Below, in pieces: positions 1 to 16,900 of a stretch of DNA of 64,000 nt. Location: the NCBI GenBank assembly GCA_964016885.1, contig OZ024749.1, positions 5,456,001 through 5,520,000 on the forward strand. Direction: 5' to 3'. The notes under the pieces are model-generated. The model was given only the letters and a program-made list of their open reading frames with translations. It was not told the DNA's origin and did not search any database. A program made the position numbers and the translations under genes. The stretch is from Eledone cirrhosa. Taxonomy: Eukaryota. The first letter of the stretch is position 1; each line of letters starts with the position of its first letter.

Positions 1-69
1 TATCCATCTATCTCATATAAGTTTAACTTTTACTTATCTTTGTATAATTAAATAGAATCTATTCATTCG

Positions 70-101
<32 letters not shown>

Positions 102-145
102 TATGTATATACGTATGTATATACATATATACACACAGCCATATA

Positions 146-176
<31 letters not shown>

Positions 177-204
177 GACTATGTATAGCTATGTATATAC
201 GTAT

Positions 205-261
<57 letters not shown>

Positions 262-1145
262 CACACACACATATATGTCTGTGTATGTGTGTTCAATTGG
301 ATAAAGAGAAATTTTATTTAACGTTCTCTCAAGAAAACCAATGCCTTCAATCGAACAACAATATCTAATGTCTGGTGTTGGTAATTTTCGAGATCAGAAG
401 GATGAACTAATGAAAAGAGTGACTTTTAGAATAGAACTGTTTGCTTTAATTTCATTTTACAAGTGAATGACTGCAGCTGGTGAAGGGGAAATGAAGTGTC
501 ATAAAAATATACAACAGATGAAGATGTCTTCGAAATTTGGGTTATTGGCAACGTGTATGTGTGTGTTTGAGTGTATCTGTGTCAATGTATGTATGTATGT
601 ATGTATGTATGTATGTATGTATGTATGTATGTATGTATGTATGTATGTATGCGTCCATTCTTGCATATATAAATGTATATATACATATATGTATATATAT
701 ATGGATATATATAGTTACCTACCTAAGATTGTATGTGTACACACACATACAAATTATATATATATATATATATATAAATGTGTGTGTGTGTTTATACATA
801 CAATATGTTTTGGCACCCGATGCGAAACCTTTAAGTAATTTATCAATGGGCTGGCACTTTGTAGGTCATCAATCATTAAGGTTTGGCAATAATCAAACTT
901 CGATGTTTTTGAGAATAATCTCATTTGAATCGGAGAGAAAGCCTCTGTGTTTAGCGTAGCTGTGTCTTTGTGAATATGTTCAGAACTGGAATAATATGAA
1001 AGAATTTGATGAAAAGATCTTGAATGGTTAAATTGTTAAGTGAACTCCACTTGACACCTTCCACATAATCAACGGAATCACATTGTTAATTATTTGGAGC
1101 AGATTTCAAGATTTAGTTAAACAAACATATTAAATAAATAGAATG

Positions 1146-1202
<57 letters not shown>

Positions 1203-2699
1203 CACACTGACAAAAACTAGGGATATACACGTATACATTTACATTTATATGTAATTGTGTATATCACTATTTTTCTTTCTCTCGTTCTCTCTCTCTCTCT
1301 ATATATATAACATTGCGTCTCTCAGTGATGATTTTTTTTCTTAACTTTATTAGAAATAGATCGAAATATCAATGATGAGTTCAAAATCCTCAATATTGGA
1401 AGAAATTAAAACGATGTAATCATATCATATTGCTAATAATTTGGAGTACATTTCTAAATATAGCGAAACAAACATATTAAATGAATACTATAAATATAAA
1501 ATGGAAAATAAATAAATTAAAATAAGATAAATTAAACACCTAGTTTGTTCAGATGGTGTTTTGCTTGTTTCTTTAGAAATAGTTAAAATATTGATCTGAA
1601 GTTCAAAAAAAAAATCTTCAATGCTGGAAGAAATTAAAAATGATGTGAAATAGCGATCTGGTTTTCTGCTACATTAGAATAAGAACCCGGAAGTACCAGA
1701 GGATCGATGTTATCCAGGGATAAACTATCACAAGGGCTCATTCTACAAATTCAATCACCCCGACAACAGTCTAATTAGAGTTACATCTTTTAAAGAATAC
1801 GTGGGGAAATGAAAACTCAACTCTTCTGCGCAGACTTCGTGAAGTTTGTTGACAATAGAATGGAGACATCGTAAATCCCAGACGATACGTTAAACTTGTC
1901 AATTTTGTTTTTGTTATTACTATATTCTCTTTATTTTATTTGATCTGTCATCTGCTAACTATAGTTCAAAATATGTACATGTTTGGCTCTGATCTTCAAA
2001 CAGGCGAATGTGTCCGTCTCGCCAGCAATGGTCTACTAAAAAATGCATCCAGCACACTCTGTAAATTTAGCTGCTGATCGAACGAAGACACTGTTGGGGA
2101 GGTGCTACACGTTAATCTTGTCAATGAGTGTGACGATTTCTTGATTGTTTGTAGCACTATAAAACACAACCCTTGCTCTCTGCAAACTGGTTGGTCCCAG
2201 GAAGAACAACTTTCTATAGAGTCCATGGCAATAATTTCAGTATACCAATGAGATAGGTCTCCTTGACATGATTAGTATACTCTGAAGGAGGATTGAATTG
2301 AACCATAGATGCACTGCCTCTCCCTCTATATTTCTCTCTGAGTAATCAGATGGACACCTCCGCCGTCTCTCTCTCTATCTCTCTCTCTGTTCCTCTCCAA
2401 GTATGGACACCGCCTCTTTTTCTTTATATTTCTCTCCAAAACTCAGTTGTTCCAACCTGGGATGATGTTGGTATTGTTAATGGTGGTGTCGGTGATAATA
2501 TTGTATTAGGTTGTGTTGGTGTTGTCGGTGTTGATGTTGTTGTTGCTGGTGATGTTATTGTTGTTGGTGCTGTTTGAAGGTTTTAATGTTATATCCATTT
2601 TATATAAGAATCAGAATTTACCAGAGGCAAGGGAATAGTTTTGATTTCTCATGTTTGTGTTTTCGATATATAAAAATACTATCACGAATTTTGATACCT

Positions 2700-4918
<2,219 letters not shown>

Positions 4919-5342
4919 TGCTGCTGTATGGGTCTGAGACTTGGACACTGACCAAGAGACTCACTCAGATGGTGGATGGGTGCTACACGAGAATGCTGAG
5001 GATGGCTCTGAACATTAATCAGTATACACTGAGGATGAAAAACTCAGAGCTGTATGGGAGCCTCCCAAAAGTCAGCTCAAAAGTGACACAGAGGAGACTG
5101 AGGTTGGCTGGACATGCTCACCGACATCCAGAGTTGACATTGCACTCCGTGCTCCTTTGGGAGCCCCTACATGGACACACTGGAAGAGGAAGACCAAGGT
5201 TAACATATGTTGATGCCCTAAGGACAGACACTGGTCTGTTGGAGACGCAGGACATGGCAGCGATAATGAGGGACAGAGACCGCTGGAGAGAACTCGTCCA
5301 TGGATCTCGGGAATTTTACCCGCCTTAGATAGATAGATAGAT
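4919..5342 (+). mobile_element. 5'-truncated RTE-clade LINE (ORF C-terminus plus TAGA tail)
   Basis: [11 protein letters not shown]...RMLR...RRLRLAGH..R...GRGRPRLTY...DRDRWR, typical of the RTE post-RT domain; stop at 5328 followed by (TAGA)n. Confidence 0.88.
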
Positions 5343-5892
5343 ATGTGTATATATATATGTGTATATATATATCATAAAACATGTCTATAGAATCACCAGA
5401 TAAAATACATACCATTTCCTCTCCCAATTAGCATAATTAGACCAAGCTATAAGAATAAAGGCTTCTATGAAGACATCTCCGACAAATAACCGAAAGCAGC
5501 CCTACGCGTCGGTTGCGACGGAATATTTATCGAGTATTTCGACAGCGTGTATGAATCGCCCAGATATACAGTCAACCAAACAGAATTATGTATAAAATAA
5601 ACTAGGAGAAAAGTGAACATATTTAGTTGCCTCTACCATGGTTTCGTCCGCATTTTAAGATATCCGATAGCATCAAACACCTAGAGCACCGGACTATTCA
5701 GGAAGTTAGCTCAAATTTAGACAATAAATTTTCCAAAGTGATCGCGCCAAGAATACATTTAAAAATGGCTAAGAATCGTGACGTAGCAGCGGTCAGGTTA
5801 GAAATAATGTGATTAGTTGCTTATGGCTGGTGGCTTTTTGTAGAAACATATGTATATATGCAGCATGTGTATATGTATATATAAATATATAT

Positions 5893-5980
<88 letters not shown>

Positions 5981-6124
5981 GTGTGTGTGTGTATATATAT
6001 ATGTTTGTATATATATATGTTTGTATATATATGTTTGTATATATATATTTATGTTTGTAAATATATATATGTTTGTATATATATATATATATATATATGT
6101 TTGTAAATATATATATGTTTGTAT

Positions 6125-6569
6125 ATAAAATATTAAAAAAATAATGAATAAAACAATGAAACAGTTCCTTATATTAAACAAAAAAAGTTCATTATTTAAC
6201 GATCGTTTCTAGGATATATATGTGTTAGAATTGGCATGCATATTCAACAGATCTATGTACAAAATTATACAAAATTATACAAACTATCAAAATTAAATAT
6301 ACATACCAACACATATATATGCCGTCTTCAGAAATAATGAATATAAATATATTTCATTATTTCTGAAGACGGCATATATATGTGTTGGTATGTATATTTA
6401 ATTTTGATAGTTTGTATAATTTTGTATAATTTTGTACATAGATCTGTTGAATATGCATGCCAATTCTAACACATATATATCCTAGAAACGATCGTTAAAT
6501 AATGAACTTTTTTTGTTTAATATAAGGAACTGTTTCATTGTTTTATTCATTATTTTTTTAATATTTTAT
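6125..6569. repeat. Essentially perfect long inverted repeat (about 217-bp arms, 11-nt spacer)
   Basis: 6125-6341 is the reverse complement of 6353-6569. Confidence 0.95.
6353..6506 (+). ncRNA. Type-I hammerhead ribozyme motif with extended stem II (mirror copy on - strand, 6188-6341)
   Basis: Stem I TTCATTATTT/AAATAATGAA (10 bp); CTGAAGA at 6363; stem II ATATATATGTGTT/AACACATATATAT with imperfect base; GAAAC-GATC-GTT at 6485-6496. Confidence 0.72.
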
Positions 6570-6704
6570 CTTGACTCTGTATTCCGTTTATCTTTCACCG
6601 AAAGTGATTTTTCATTGCATCTCTTCTTTCCATGATATCCGGATTACATTGAGTTCTTCATACGGATTGGACACTACCGTAAACTCTTGGTAGATTTATC
6701 TACA

Positions 6705-7183
6705 TAATATGTTTGTATATATATATATATATGTTTGTATATATATATATATGTTTGTATATATATATGTTTGTATATATATATATATGTTTGTATATAT
6801 ATATATATATATGTTTGTATATATATATATATGTTTGTATATATATATATATATATGTTTGTATATATATATATATATATGTTTGTATATATATATATAT
6901 ATGTTTGTATATATATATGTTTGTATATATATATATATGTTTGTAGATATATATATATGTTTGTATATATATATATATGTTTGTATATATATATATATGT
7001 TTGTATATATATATATGTTTGTATATATATATATATGTTTGTATATATATATATATATGTTTGTATATATATATATATATGTTTGTATATATATATACAT
7101 ATGTTTGTATATATATATATATATATGTGTGTATATATATTTGTTTGTATATATGTATATATATGTATATATATGTATATATA
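6705..7183. repeat. GTTTGT(AT)n compound microsatellite
   Basis: Repeated TGTTTG(TA)n units; a similar block lies at 5990-6125. Confidence 0.93.
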
Positions 7184-7640
7184 GAAATTACATGAATCAA
7201 AGTTCTGTTTAAACCATTTATTCGCTTACAATTGTTTCTTCCAAACCGAGGAAATAAGTCTTCGGAGTAATTTTTCAATGATTATTTACATACATGACCT
7301 CCTTTTCAACACAAGAGACATACAGAAACATATGTATATATTGATGCACAGTGGGTTGACATCCATTATAATATTAACATGGCAATTTACATTCAAAGAT
7401 TAAAGTCATATCAAAGAACAAAATTAAAGTTAAAATACAACATTGGCAGTTTACGAAGATAAAGCAAGAGGATAGTTTTTAAGTATAATACTCTGGATTG
7501 CCCGCGTAAAGTGCTTGTATACATATAACACCCTGCCGCACTATAATCTTATATAAACTAGACACGCGTGCATGCCCCATGTGTAACTATTGCATACACT
7601 AACTACTTCAAACTATCCACTTGCTTTATCTTCGAAACGG
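7184..7640. mobile_element. Penelope-like pLTR remnant with inverted segment; same family as 51347-51800
   Basis: 7184-7478 (-) matches 51482-51797 (+); 7485-7638 (+) matches 51347-51508 (+); contains an HHR motif. Confidence 0.7.
7221..7270 (-). ncRNA. Hammerhead-like motif, CCGAAGA core variant
   Basis: Minus strand: TTACT-CCGAAGA-..TTCC/GGAA-GAAAC-AATT-GTA-AGCGA-ATAAA; one stem-I mismatch. Confidence 0.6.
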
Positions 7641-7754
7641 CTTAAGCTCAGCCGTCGGGGTCCTCCTCCTTCCTATTACCCACTCTACTACCTTAAGTAT
7701 TGAGTACTTTGGTGCGTTATGGTCCACCTGCTTCCTTACCACATTTCTTTCGTT

Positions 7755-8581
<827 letters not shown>

Positions 8582-8582
<1 letters not shown>

Positions 8583-8920
8583 ATATTAATAAGAGGAATT
8601 GCAACTTTGTCTGATTTACTCGTTTTATTTACAATCCTTTAAAATATATATAATGGTATATATAATGGTATTATAATGAAACAGTATGATAGAATATTAA
8701 ATTCTAAGTGTTAATTCAACACAGTTGAAAATTGCAAACTCGACTGTCACCACATATCATGAACCTGAAGATTGCGAAAGCATGAAAGTACTTGTTCAAT
8801 TAACACTTAGAATTTAATATTCTATCATACTATTTCATTATAATACCATTATATATATTTTAAAGGATTATAAATAAAACGAGTAAATCAGACAAAGTTG
8901 GAATTCCTCTTATTAATATA
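8582..8920. repeat. Inverted repeat (about 125-135-bp arms) enclosing an HHR; Penelope-like pLTR remnant
   Basis: 8582-8716 is the reverse complement of 8798-8920 with a few substitutions and one small duplication. Confidence 0.9.
8760..8798 (+). ncRNA. Minimal type-I hammerhead ribozyme (39 nt)
   Basis: TGAAC-CTGAAGA-T-TGC-GAAA-GCA-T-GAAA-GTAC-TT-GTTCA: 5-bp stem I, GNRA-capped stem II, palindromic AGTACT stem III, CUU site. Confidence 0.8.
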
Positions 8921-8962
8921 ATCTTCTATACACAATCATACACACCCGTGTATATTTACCTA

Positions 8963-9024
<62 letters not shown>

Positions 9025-9076
9025 CATAAATATATATATTTATATATATACACATATATATTTATATATACACATA

Positions 9077-9158
<82 letters not shown>

Positions 9159-9449
9159 TATATATATATATATACACACACATATATATATATATATACA
9201 CACACATATATATATATATATATACACACATATATATATATATATACACATATATATATATATATATACACACATATATATATATATATACACACATATA
9301 TATATATATACACACACACATATATATATACACACACATATATATATATATATATATAAGCACGCACATAGTGCTTCTATCCACTCATCTTTTATACATA
9401 ATATACACACGTAACACGATCCACCAATTCATACATACATACATCCATG

Positions 9450-10100
9450 TACATAAGATGAAAGAGTACTGGTGGAATGTTCCAGTAAAAACCCCAATAA
9501 AATGCAGGCATAACAGACCAGATATAATGATATGAGATAGGGAGAAGAAGGCATGCACAGTAGTGGAAGTTAGCTGTCCAGCAGATGCCAATATAATATC
9601 AAAGATTAGTGTAAAGAAGAATATTTATGCAGAACTGATGAGAAATCTGCAGATACTCCACCCTGATTACACGTTCAGATTTATACCTGTGATTATTGGG
9701 GCACTGTGATGTGTTAGTAACTGCCTCAATACAAAACTTGAAAAGATAGGCTTCACAGGAACAGAAAGAACACAACTAGTTAGGAAATTACAAGTACAAT
9801 CCATTAATGGAAGAGTAAAAATATGTAAAACATTCCAAAAATGTTGCATCTAATAACTGCATATACACATGTACAGTGCAAAGCATATACACATGCACAC
9901 ATGCAACTCAAAACATACACATCCACACATACAATAACATCCATATCTACACATGCATGCATACACACATATCTACCTAGTTGATGTTGTGTAAATTCCA
10001 ATGAGAGAGTCTTGTGTCTATGTTAGACACCGACTCTCTCTCTATTGGTAAAACCTCGTGAAATTATAAAACCAGAAGAACATACATACATACATACATA
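9450..10100 (+). mobile_element. 5'-truncated R4/Dong-like non-LTR retrotransposon (RLE domain, 3'UTR, CATA tail)
   Basis: [47 protein letters not shown] (PD-(D/E)xK-type RLE) with in-frame stops; 3'UTR hairpin at about 9998-10049; CATA repeats at both ends. Confidence 0.8.
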
Positions 10101-10464
10101 CCTAAATATCCGCATACCGACTCACCACCTACTCGGCTATCAACCCCAGTACTTACGTACGACCATACACATCAACTTACATACATACACACACCCACAG
10201 AGAACCTCCCCATACACCTCCCCTCTCCCCTATACATCTACCCCCTATATTTATTGGTTTTATCTAACATTTGATTGGCAGTTTTAATAAACTTTCAATT
10301 AGTACGAGTCTCTCAGTTCTAATAAGTGGTAAGAATCTTTATATAAACCAAAGTAAATATACAAATTAAATTTATATGTGCACTTAAAAATGTTAATCTA
10401 ATTTTCATTATAATATCTCAAAAATAATGCAGTATTAATAAGAACAACTTCGGGGTAGTTTTCC

Positions 10465-10935
10465 TTCTGTTGTTGTTGTTATAAATATTATTTTCATTGT
10501 TGCTATTGTTTTTCTTATTGTTGTTGCTTTTGTTACTGTTGTTGTTGTTATTGTTGTTGTTTTTGTTGTAATTGATGTTGTTGTTTTTGTTAAAGTTGTT
10601 ATTGTTTTTGTTAGTGATGTTGTTTTTGTTGTTGTTGTTGTTATTGTTATTGTTTTTGTTTTTGTGACTGTTGTTGTTGTTGTTATTGATGTTGTATGTG
10701 TTGTCAATGTTTTTGTCGATGTTGTTGTTATTGCTGTTGTTATTATTGTGTGTGTTGTTGTCAATGTTTTTGTCGCTGCTGTTAATATTATTGTTATTTT
10801 TGTTATTATTGGTATATTCATTATTATTTTTATCATTATTACCATCATTGTTTTTACCGTCGTTGTTGTGGTAATAGTAGTAGTAGTAGTTAGTAGTAGC
10901 AGTGATAGTAGTAGTTGTTGTCGATGTTGTTGTGT
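10465..10935. repeat. Degenerate (GTT/ATT)n trinucleotide repeat
   Basis: Direct inspection. Confidence 0.9.
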
Positions 10936-11183
10936 CACCGCCCTTTTGCATGAAGCTACAAGATATTTTATTGCAAATCAGTTTCGACACCATTTTGTAT
11001 GAACAGTTGCATTTAACAATAGAAAGCTTCGTGTACAATAGACAAGGTTTTAGATATATTTCCAAATTTAATGTCTTACTCCATCCTGATCATATATGAA
11101 TCTTTGCGACTGTATATCAATCAAAGTGAACTGGCCTATTATATATATATATGTGTATATATATATATGTGTATATATATATA

Positions 11184-11246
<63 letters not shown>

Positions 11247-11397
11247 GTATTGGTGCTCTGAAATAGCGATGTATACATGAATGTATGTGTAGGATATTTG
11301 GCAATAGACTGAATGTTTAACGAAAAACATTTTGAAGACATTCGCTATGAGTTTTAAAGTAGTGACTATGTCACTTTATTATCCCCCCCCCCCCCCG

Positions 11398-12695
11398 CTT
11401 TTATAGCGTCCGCCATCTACTACCGCTTGACCGTCGTGCCTTGTCCAGCGAAAACGCTCGCCAAAATGGAGCGCGCGCTCTTCCAATTCCTTTGGAAGAG
11501 GCGGGCTCCTTTGGTGAGAAGATCCATCTACTGCCAACACCCTTCTAACGGAGGGCTGGGGATGCCGTGGTTGACGATGCGCAAACACGCGCTCAGGCTG
11601 CGGCATCTCTACGTATTCCTCACCGGACAACCGGTGTGGGCCCCGTTCGTGAGGCGAGCCTTCCCACGACTCGTCTCGCTGACCGAGCTGCAGTCCAGGG
11701 TCAAGCAAAGACCGAGGAAAATAGGCGACTGGCACATCGAATGTGCTCAGGCGCTCACAGCCCTCTGGCAGGCGCACCCGGCGATCAGTGGAGACTCCAC
11801 TTCGTCATTCTATAGAGGGTTGATCCTCAGCAAGTGCGACAACGCGCTCGGTGAAACTCTAGGCGTAGAGGAAGATGAACTGGCCAGTCTGTTCGGTAGG
11901 ACCCTCCGCCCGGGACCGATGGACAACTTCCAAAAGTCCCTAGCCTGGCAGTGCTACCGAGGAGCTCTACCTGTTCGAGACAAGCTCTACAGACATGGGC
12001 GCCCGGGCAGGGACCCTGCAAAAAAGATCTGTCCGAGGTGCGTGCGAGACGAAGAAACCGTCGCGCACGCATTCATACACTGCCCGGGCGTCACTGACCT
12101 GTGGGGCTATGTAGAACGACTATTGTCGCGGGTGGGACCAATCCGGTTGACCACCGAGTCCATTGTCATGATCAAACCGCCACCCTCCTTCAAAAACGAA
12201 GGAGAGGCGGTTTTCCTTTGTGTGATAGCTATGGCGAAAGAGGTTGTATGGTGGACAAGGTTGAAAGGGCTGAGGTCAGACACCTTTCTCTCCGGCCAAC
12301 AACTGATTCTTTTTTTCAAATACCACTTTGGAAGAAGAATCAGGATGGAGAGAGAGGTGCTGTACCCCAGCAAGTTTTATGAAAGGTGGGTGAAAGGGGC
12401 GAGATTGGCCCGAGTGAATGGGCCTTCTCTCTATATCAGCCTGTAGGTTGAGGAAAAGGAGGAGGGGAGGAAAGGAGTACAAACTCTTCGTACTCCTGGA
12501 GATGAGGTTTGCACATTTTTTCGGGGGTATGTGTTACCCATATGAACTGTCTCCCCCTATTGGGGAAAATCGACTTATTTTTAAAATTGCATTTGTGATA
12601 ACATTTTACACGTTTTTATTGTATGTAAACTCCTCCTTTGTATTTGTCCCCTTCTTTTGTGCCCCTCTGGCTAATAAAGAAACATATCTATCTTG
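11398..12695 (+). mobile_element. 5'-truncated Tx1/L1-type LINE, ORF2 C-terminus (open frame 11427-12446) plus 3'UTR
   Basis: LFQFLWK...GGLGMP and zf-RVT-like W....GALPV..KL...CPRC...ETVAHAFIHC; AATAAA and TATC tail; highly similar to 36202-36945. Confidence 0.92.
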
Positions 12696-12724
12696 TTATT
12701 TATTAATGTTAAAGTTATATGTTT

Positions 12725-12797
12725 TTATGTAAAACCCCCCGCCATCACGTCTTCTAATGTCCCACTTTTGTACGCCCCTCTGGCAAATAAAGAAAGA

Positions 12798-12836
<39 letters not shown>
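12725..12836 (+). mobile_element. Second related LINE 3' tip with (TATC)n tail
   Basis: TGTCCC.CTTTTGT..GCCCCTCTGGC.AATAAAGAAA.ATATCTATC repeats the terminus seen at 12645-12692. Confidence 0.7.
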
Positions 12837-13114
12837 AGTAATTGAAACCTCGCATCCGCAGCTCTCTCTATCTCCCCCCCCTCATCCCCCACCCCTCTTT
12901 CTCTCTCTGCCCCTCTTTTCAGTATCATTCTCACTTTCCCTCTCTTTATCTCCCTCTCTTTATCTGTCCCTCTCTATCTCTATCTCACTCCTCCTCCATT
13001 CTTTTACTTCACCATTGTTCTTACTTTCTTTCTTTCTTCCTTGTCTCTGCCTCTTTCCCTCTTTCACCCCTATCCTGCTTTCACTATTTTAATACGAACA
13101 TAGCTATAAATTAT

Positions 13115-13145
13115 AGCAGCAGCAGCAGTAGCAGCAGTAGCAGCT

Positions 13146-13176
<31 letters not shown>

Positions 13177-13960
13177 TAGCAGCAGCAGTAGCAGCAGCAG
13201 CAGTAGCAGCAGCAACAGTAGCAGCAGTAGGAGCTGCAACACATTAGAAAATTAATAATAAATTCACTCGGAATATGCAAATTATAAATAACGCCCCCCC
13301 CCCCCCCCCCCCCTACCTCACACATAGGTCATCATCATCACCGTCATACCGCCACCGCCTCCATTCTCACCGCCACCATTACCACCATCACCTTGCTACC
13401 ACTACCATTGACGACACCTCCATTGCCAGCATCACCACCACCACCATCATCACCACTACCACCACCACCATTGGCACCACTACCACCACCATCACAACCA
13501 CCACCACCACCACCACCACCACCACCACCACTACCACCACCACTACCACCACTACCACCACCACCATTGGCACCACCACCACCACCACCACCACCACCAT
13601 CACCGCCATCACCACAAATACTATCACCACAGCCACCACCATCACAACCACTATCACCACGACAACCACCACCACCACCACCACCACCATCACCACCACC
13701 ACCACCACCACCGCCATCACCACAAATACTATCACCACAGCCACCACCAACACAACCACTATCACCACGACAACCACCACCACCACCACCACCACCATCA
13801 CCACAAATACTATCACCACAGCCACCACTATCACCACGACAACCACCACCACCACCACCACCACCATCACCACAAATACTATCACCACAGCCATCACAAC
13901 CACTATCACCTCCACCACCATGCATCACCAACATCACAACTACTATCACCACCACCACAC
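13115..13960. repeat. (CAG)n followed by (CAC)n-derived trinucleotide repeats
   Basis: Direct inspection. Confidence 0.92.
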
Positions 13961-13989
13961 CACCGTCCACACACCATCAGCATCAACCC

Positions 13990-16900
13990 CCCACTGCCCC
14001 ACTCCCACCGACACCATCACTCCTCTCCACAATCCCTCCACCGCCCCACTACCCAACAACACCATCACTCCCCTCCATTATACCCCCAGCGCCCCACTAC
14101 CCACCAACACCATCAACCCCCTACCGCCCCACTACCCACCAACACCATCAACCCCCCACCGCCCCACTACCCACCAACACCATCACTCCCCTCCATTATC
14201 CCCCCACCGCCCCACTACCCACCAACACCATCACTCCCCTCCATTATCCCCCCACCGCCCCACTACCCACCAACACCATCACTCCCCTCCACAATCCCCC
14301 CACCGCCCACTACCCACCAACACCATCACTCCCCTCCACAATCCCCCCACCGCCCACTACCCACCAACACCATCACTCCCCTCCATTATCCCCCCACCGC
14401 CCCACTACCCACCAACACCATCACCCCCCTCCACAATCCCCCCACCGCCCACTACCCACCAACACCATCACCCCCTCCACAATCCCCCCACCGCCCCACT
14501 ACCCACCAACACCATCACTCCCCTCCATTATCCCCCCACCGCCCCACTACCCACCAACACCATCACCCCCCTCCACAATCCCCCCACCGCCCACTACCCA
14601 CCAACACCATCACCCCCCTCCACAATCCCCCCACCGCCCCACTACCCACCAACACCATCACTCCCCTCCATTATCCCCCCACCGCCCCACTACCCACCAA
14701 CACCATCACTCCCCTCCACAGTCCCCCCACCGCCCACTACCCACCAACACCATCACTCCCCTCCATTATCCCCCCACCGCCCCACTACCCACCAACACCA
14801 TCACTCCCCTCCACAGTCCCCCCACCGCCCACTACCCACCAACACCATCACTCCCCTCCATTATCCCCCCACCGCCCCACTACCCACCAACACCATCACT
14901 CCCCTCCACAATCCCCCCACCGCCCACTACCCACCAACACCATCACTCCCCTCCATTATCCCCCCACCGCCCCACTACCCACCAACACCATCACTCCCCT
15001 CCACAGTCCCCCCACCGCCCACTACCCACCAACACCACCACTCCCCTCCATTATCCCCCCACCGCCCACTACCCACCAACACCATCACTCCCCTCCATTA
15101 TCCCCCCACCGCCCCACTACCCACCAACACCATCACTCCCCTCCACAGTCCCCCCACCGCCCACTACCCACCAACACCATCACTCCCCTCCATTATCCCC
15201 CCACCGCCCACTACCCACCAACACCATCACTCCCCTCCACAATCCCCCCACCGCCCACTACCCACCAACACCATCACTCCCCTCCATTATCCCCCCACCG
15301 CCCACTACCCACCAACACCATCACCCCCCTCCACAATCCCCCCACCGCCCACAATCCCCCCACCGCCCCACTACCCACCAACACCATCACCCCCCTCCAC
15401 AATCCCCCCACCGCCCACAATCCCCCCACCGCCCACTACCCACCAACACCATCACTCCCCTCCATTATCCCCCCACCGCCCACTACCCACCAACACCATC
15501 ACCCCCCTCCACAATCCCCCCACCGCCCACAATCCCCCCACCGCCCCACTACCCACCAACACCATCACTCCCCTCCACAATCCCCCCACCGCCCACTACC
15601 CACCAACACCATCACTCCACTCCATTATCCCCCCACCGCCCACTACCCACCAACACCATCACTCCCCTCCATTATCCCCCCACCGCCCACTACCCACCAA
15701 CACCATCACCCCCCTCCACAATCCCCCCACCGCCCAAAATCCCCCCACCGCCCCACTACCCACCAACACCATCACTCCCCTCCACAATCCCCCCACCGCC
15801 CACAATCCCCCCACCGCCCCACTACCCACCAACACCATCACTCCCCTCCATTATCCCCCCACCGCCCACTACCCACCAACACCATCACCCCCCTCCACAA
15901 TCCCCCCACCGCCCACAATCCCCCCACCGCCCCACTACCCACCAACACCGTCACTCCCCTCCACAATCCCCCCACCGCCCACAATCCCCCCACCGCCCAC
16001 TACCCACCAACACCATCACTCCCCTCTATTATCCCCCCCCCCCGCCCCACTACCCACCAACACCATCACGCCCCTCCACAATCCCCCCACCGCCCACTAC
16101 CCACCAACACCATCACTCCCCTCCATTATCCCCCCACCGCCCCACTACCCACCAACACCATCACTCCCCTCCATTATCCCCCCACCGCCCACTACCCACC
16201 AACACCATCACCCCTCTCCACAATCCCCCACCGCCCACAATCCCCCCACCGCCCCACTACCCACCAACACCATCACTCCCCTCCACAATCCCCCCACCGC
16301 CCACAATCCCCCCACCGCCCCACTACCCACCAACACCATCACTCCCCTCCATTATCCCCCCACCGCCCACTACCCACCAACACCATCACCCCCCTCCACA
16401 ATCCCCCCACCGCCCACAATCCCCCCACCGCCCCACTACCCACCAACACCATCACCCCCCTCCACAATCCCCCCACCGCCCACAATCCCCCCACCGCCCA
16501 CTACCCACCAACACCATCACTCCCCTCCACAATCCCCCCCCCCGCCCCACTACCCACCAACACCATCACTCCCCTCCACAATCCCCCCACCGCCCACTAC
16601 CCACCAACACCATCACTCCCCTCCATTATCCCCCCACCGCCCCACTACCCACCAACACCATCACTCCCCTCCATTATCCCCCCACCGCCCACTACCCACC
16701 AACACCATCACCCCCTTCCACAATCCCCCCACCGCCCACAATCCCCCCACCGCCCCACTACCCACCAACACCATCACCCCCCTCCACAATCCCGCCACCG
16801 CCCACAATCCCCCCACCGCCCCACTACCCACCAACACCATCACCCCCCTCCACAATCCCCCCACCGCCCACAATCCCCCCACCGCCCACTACCCACCAAC

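Noticed and set aside
9634-9650. CTGATGA-GAAA hammerhead-like string
   Set aside because: Lies within RLE coding sequence (ELMRN) with no stem II or stem I.
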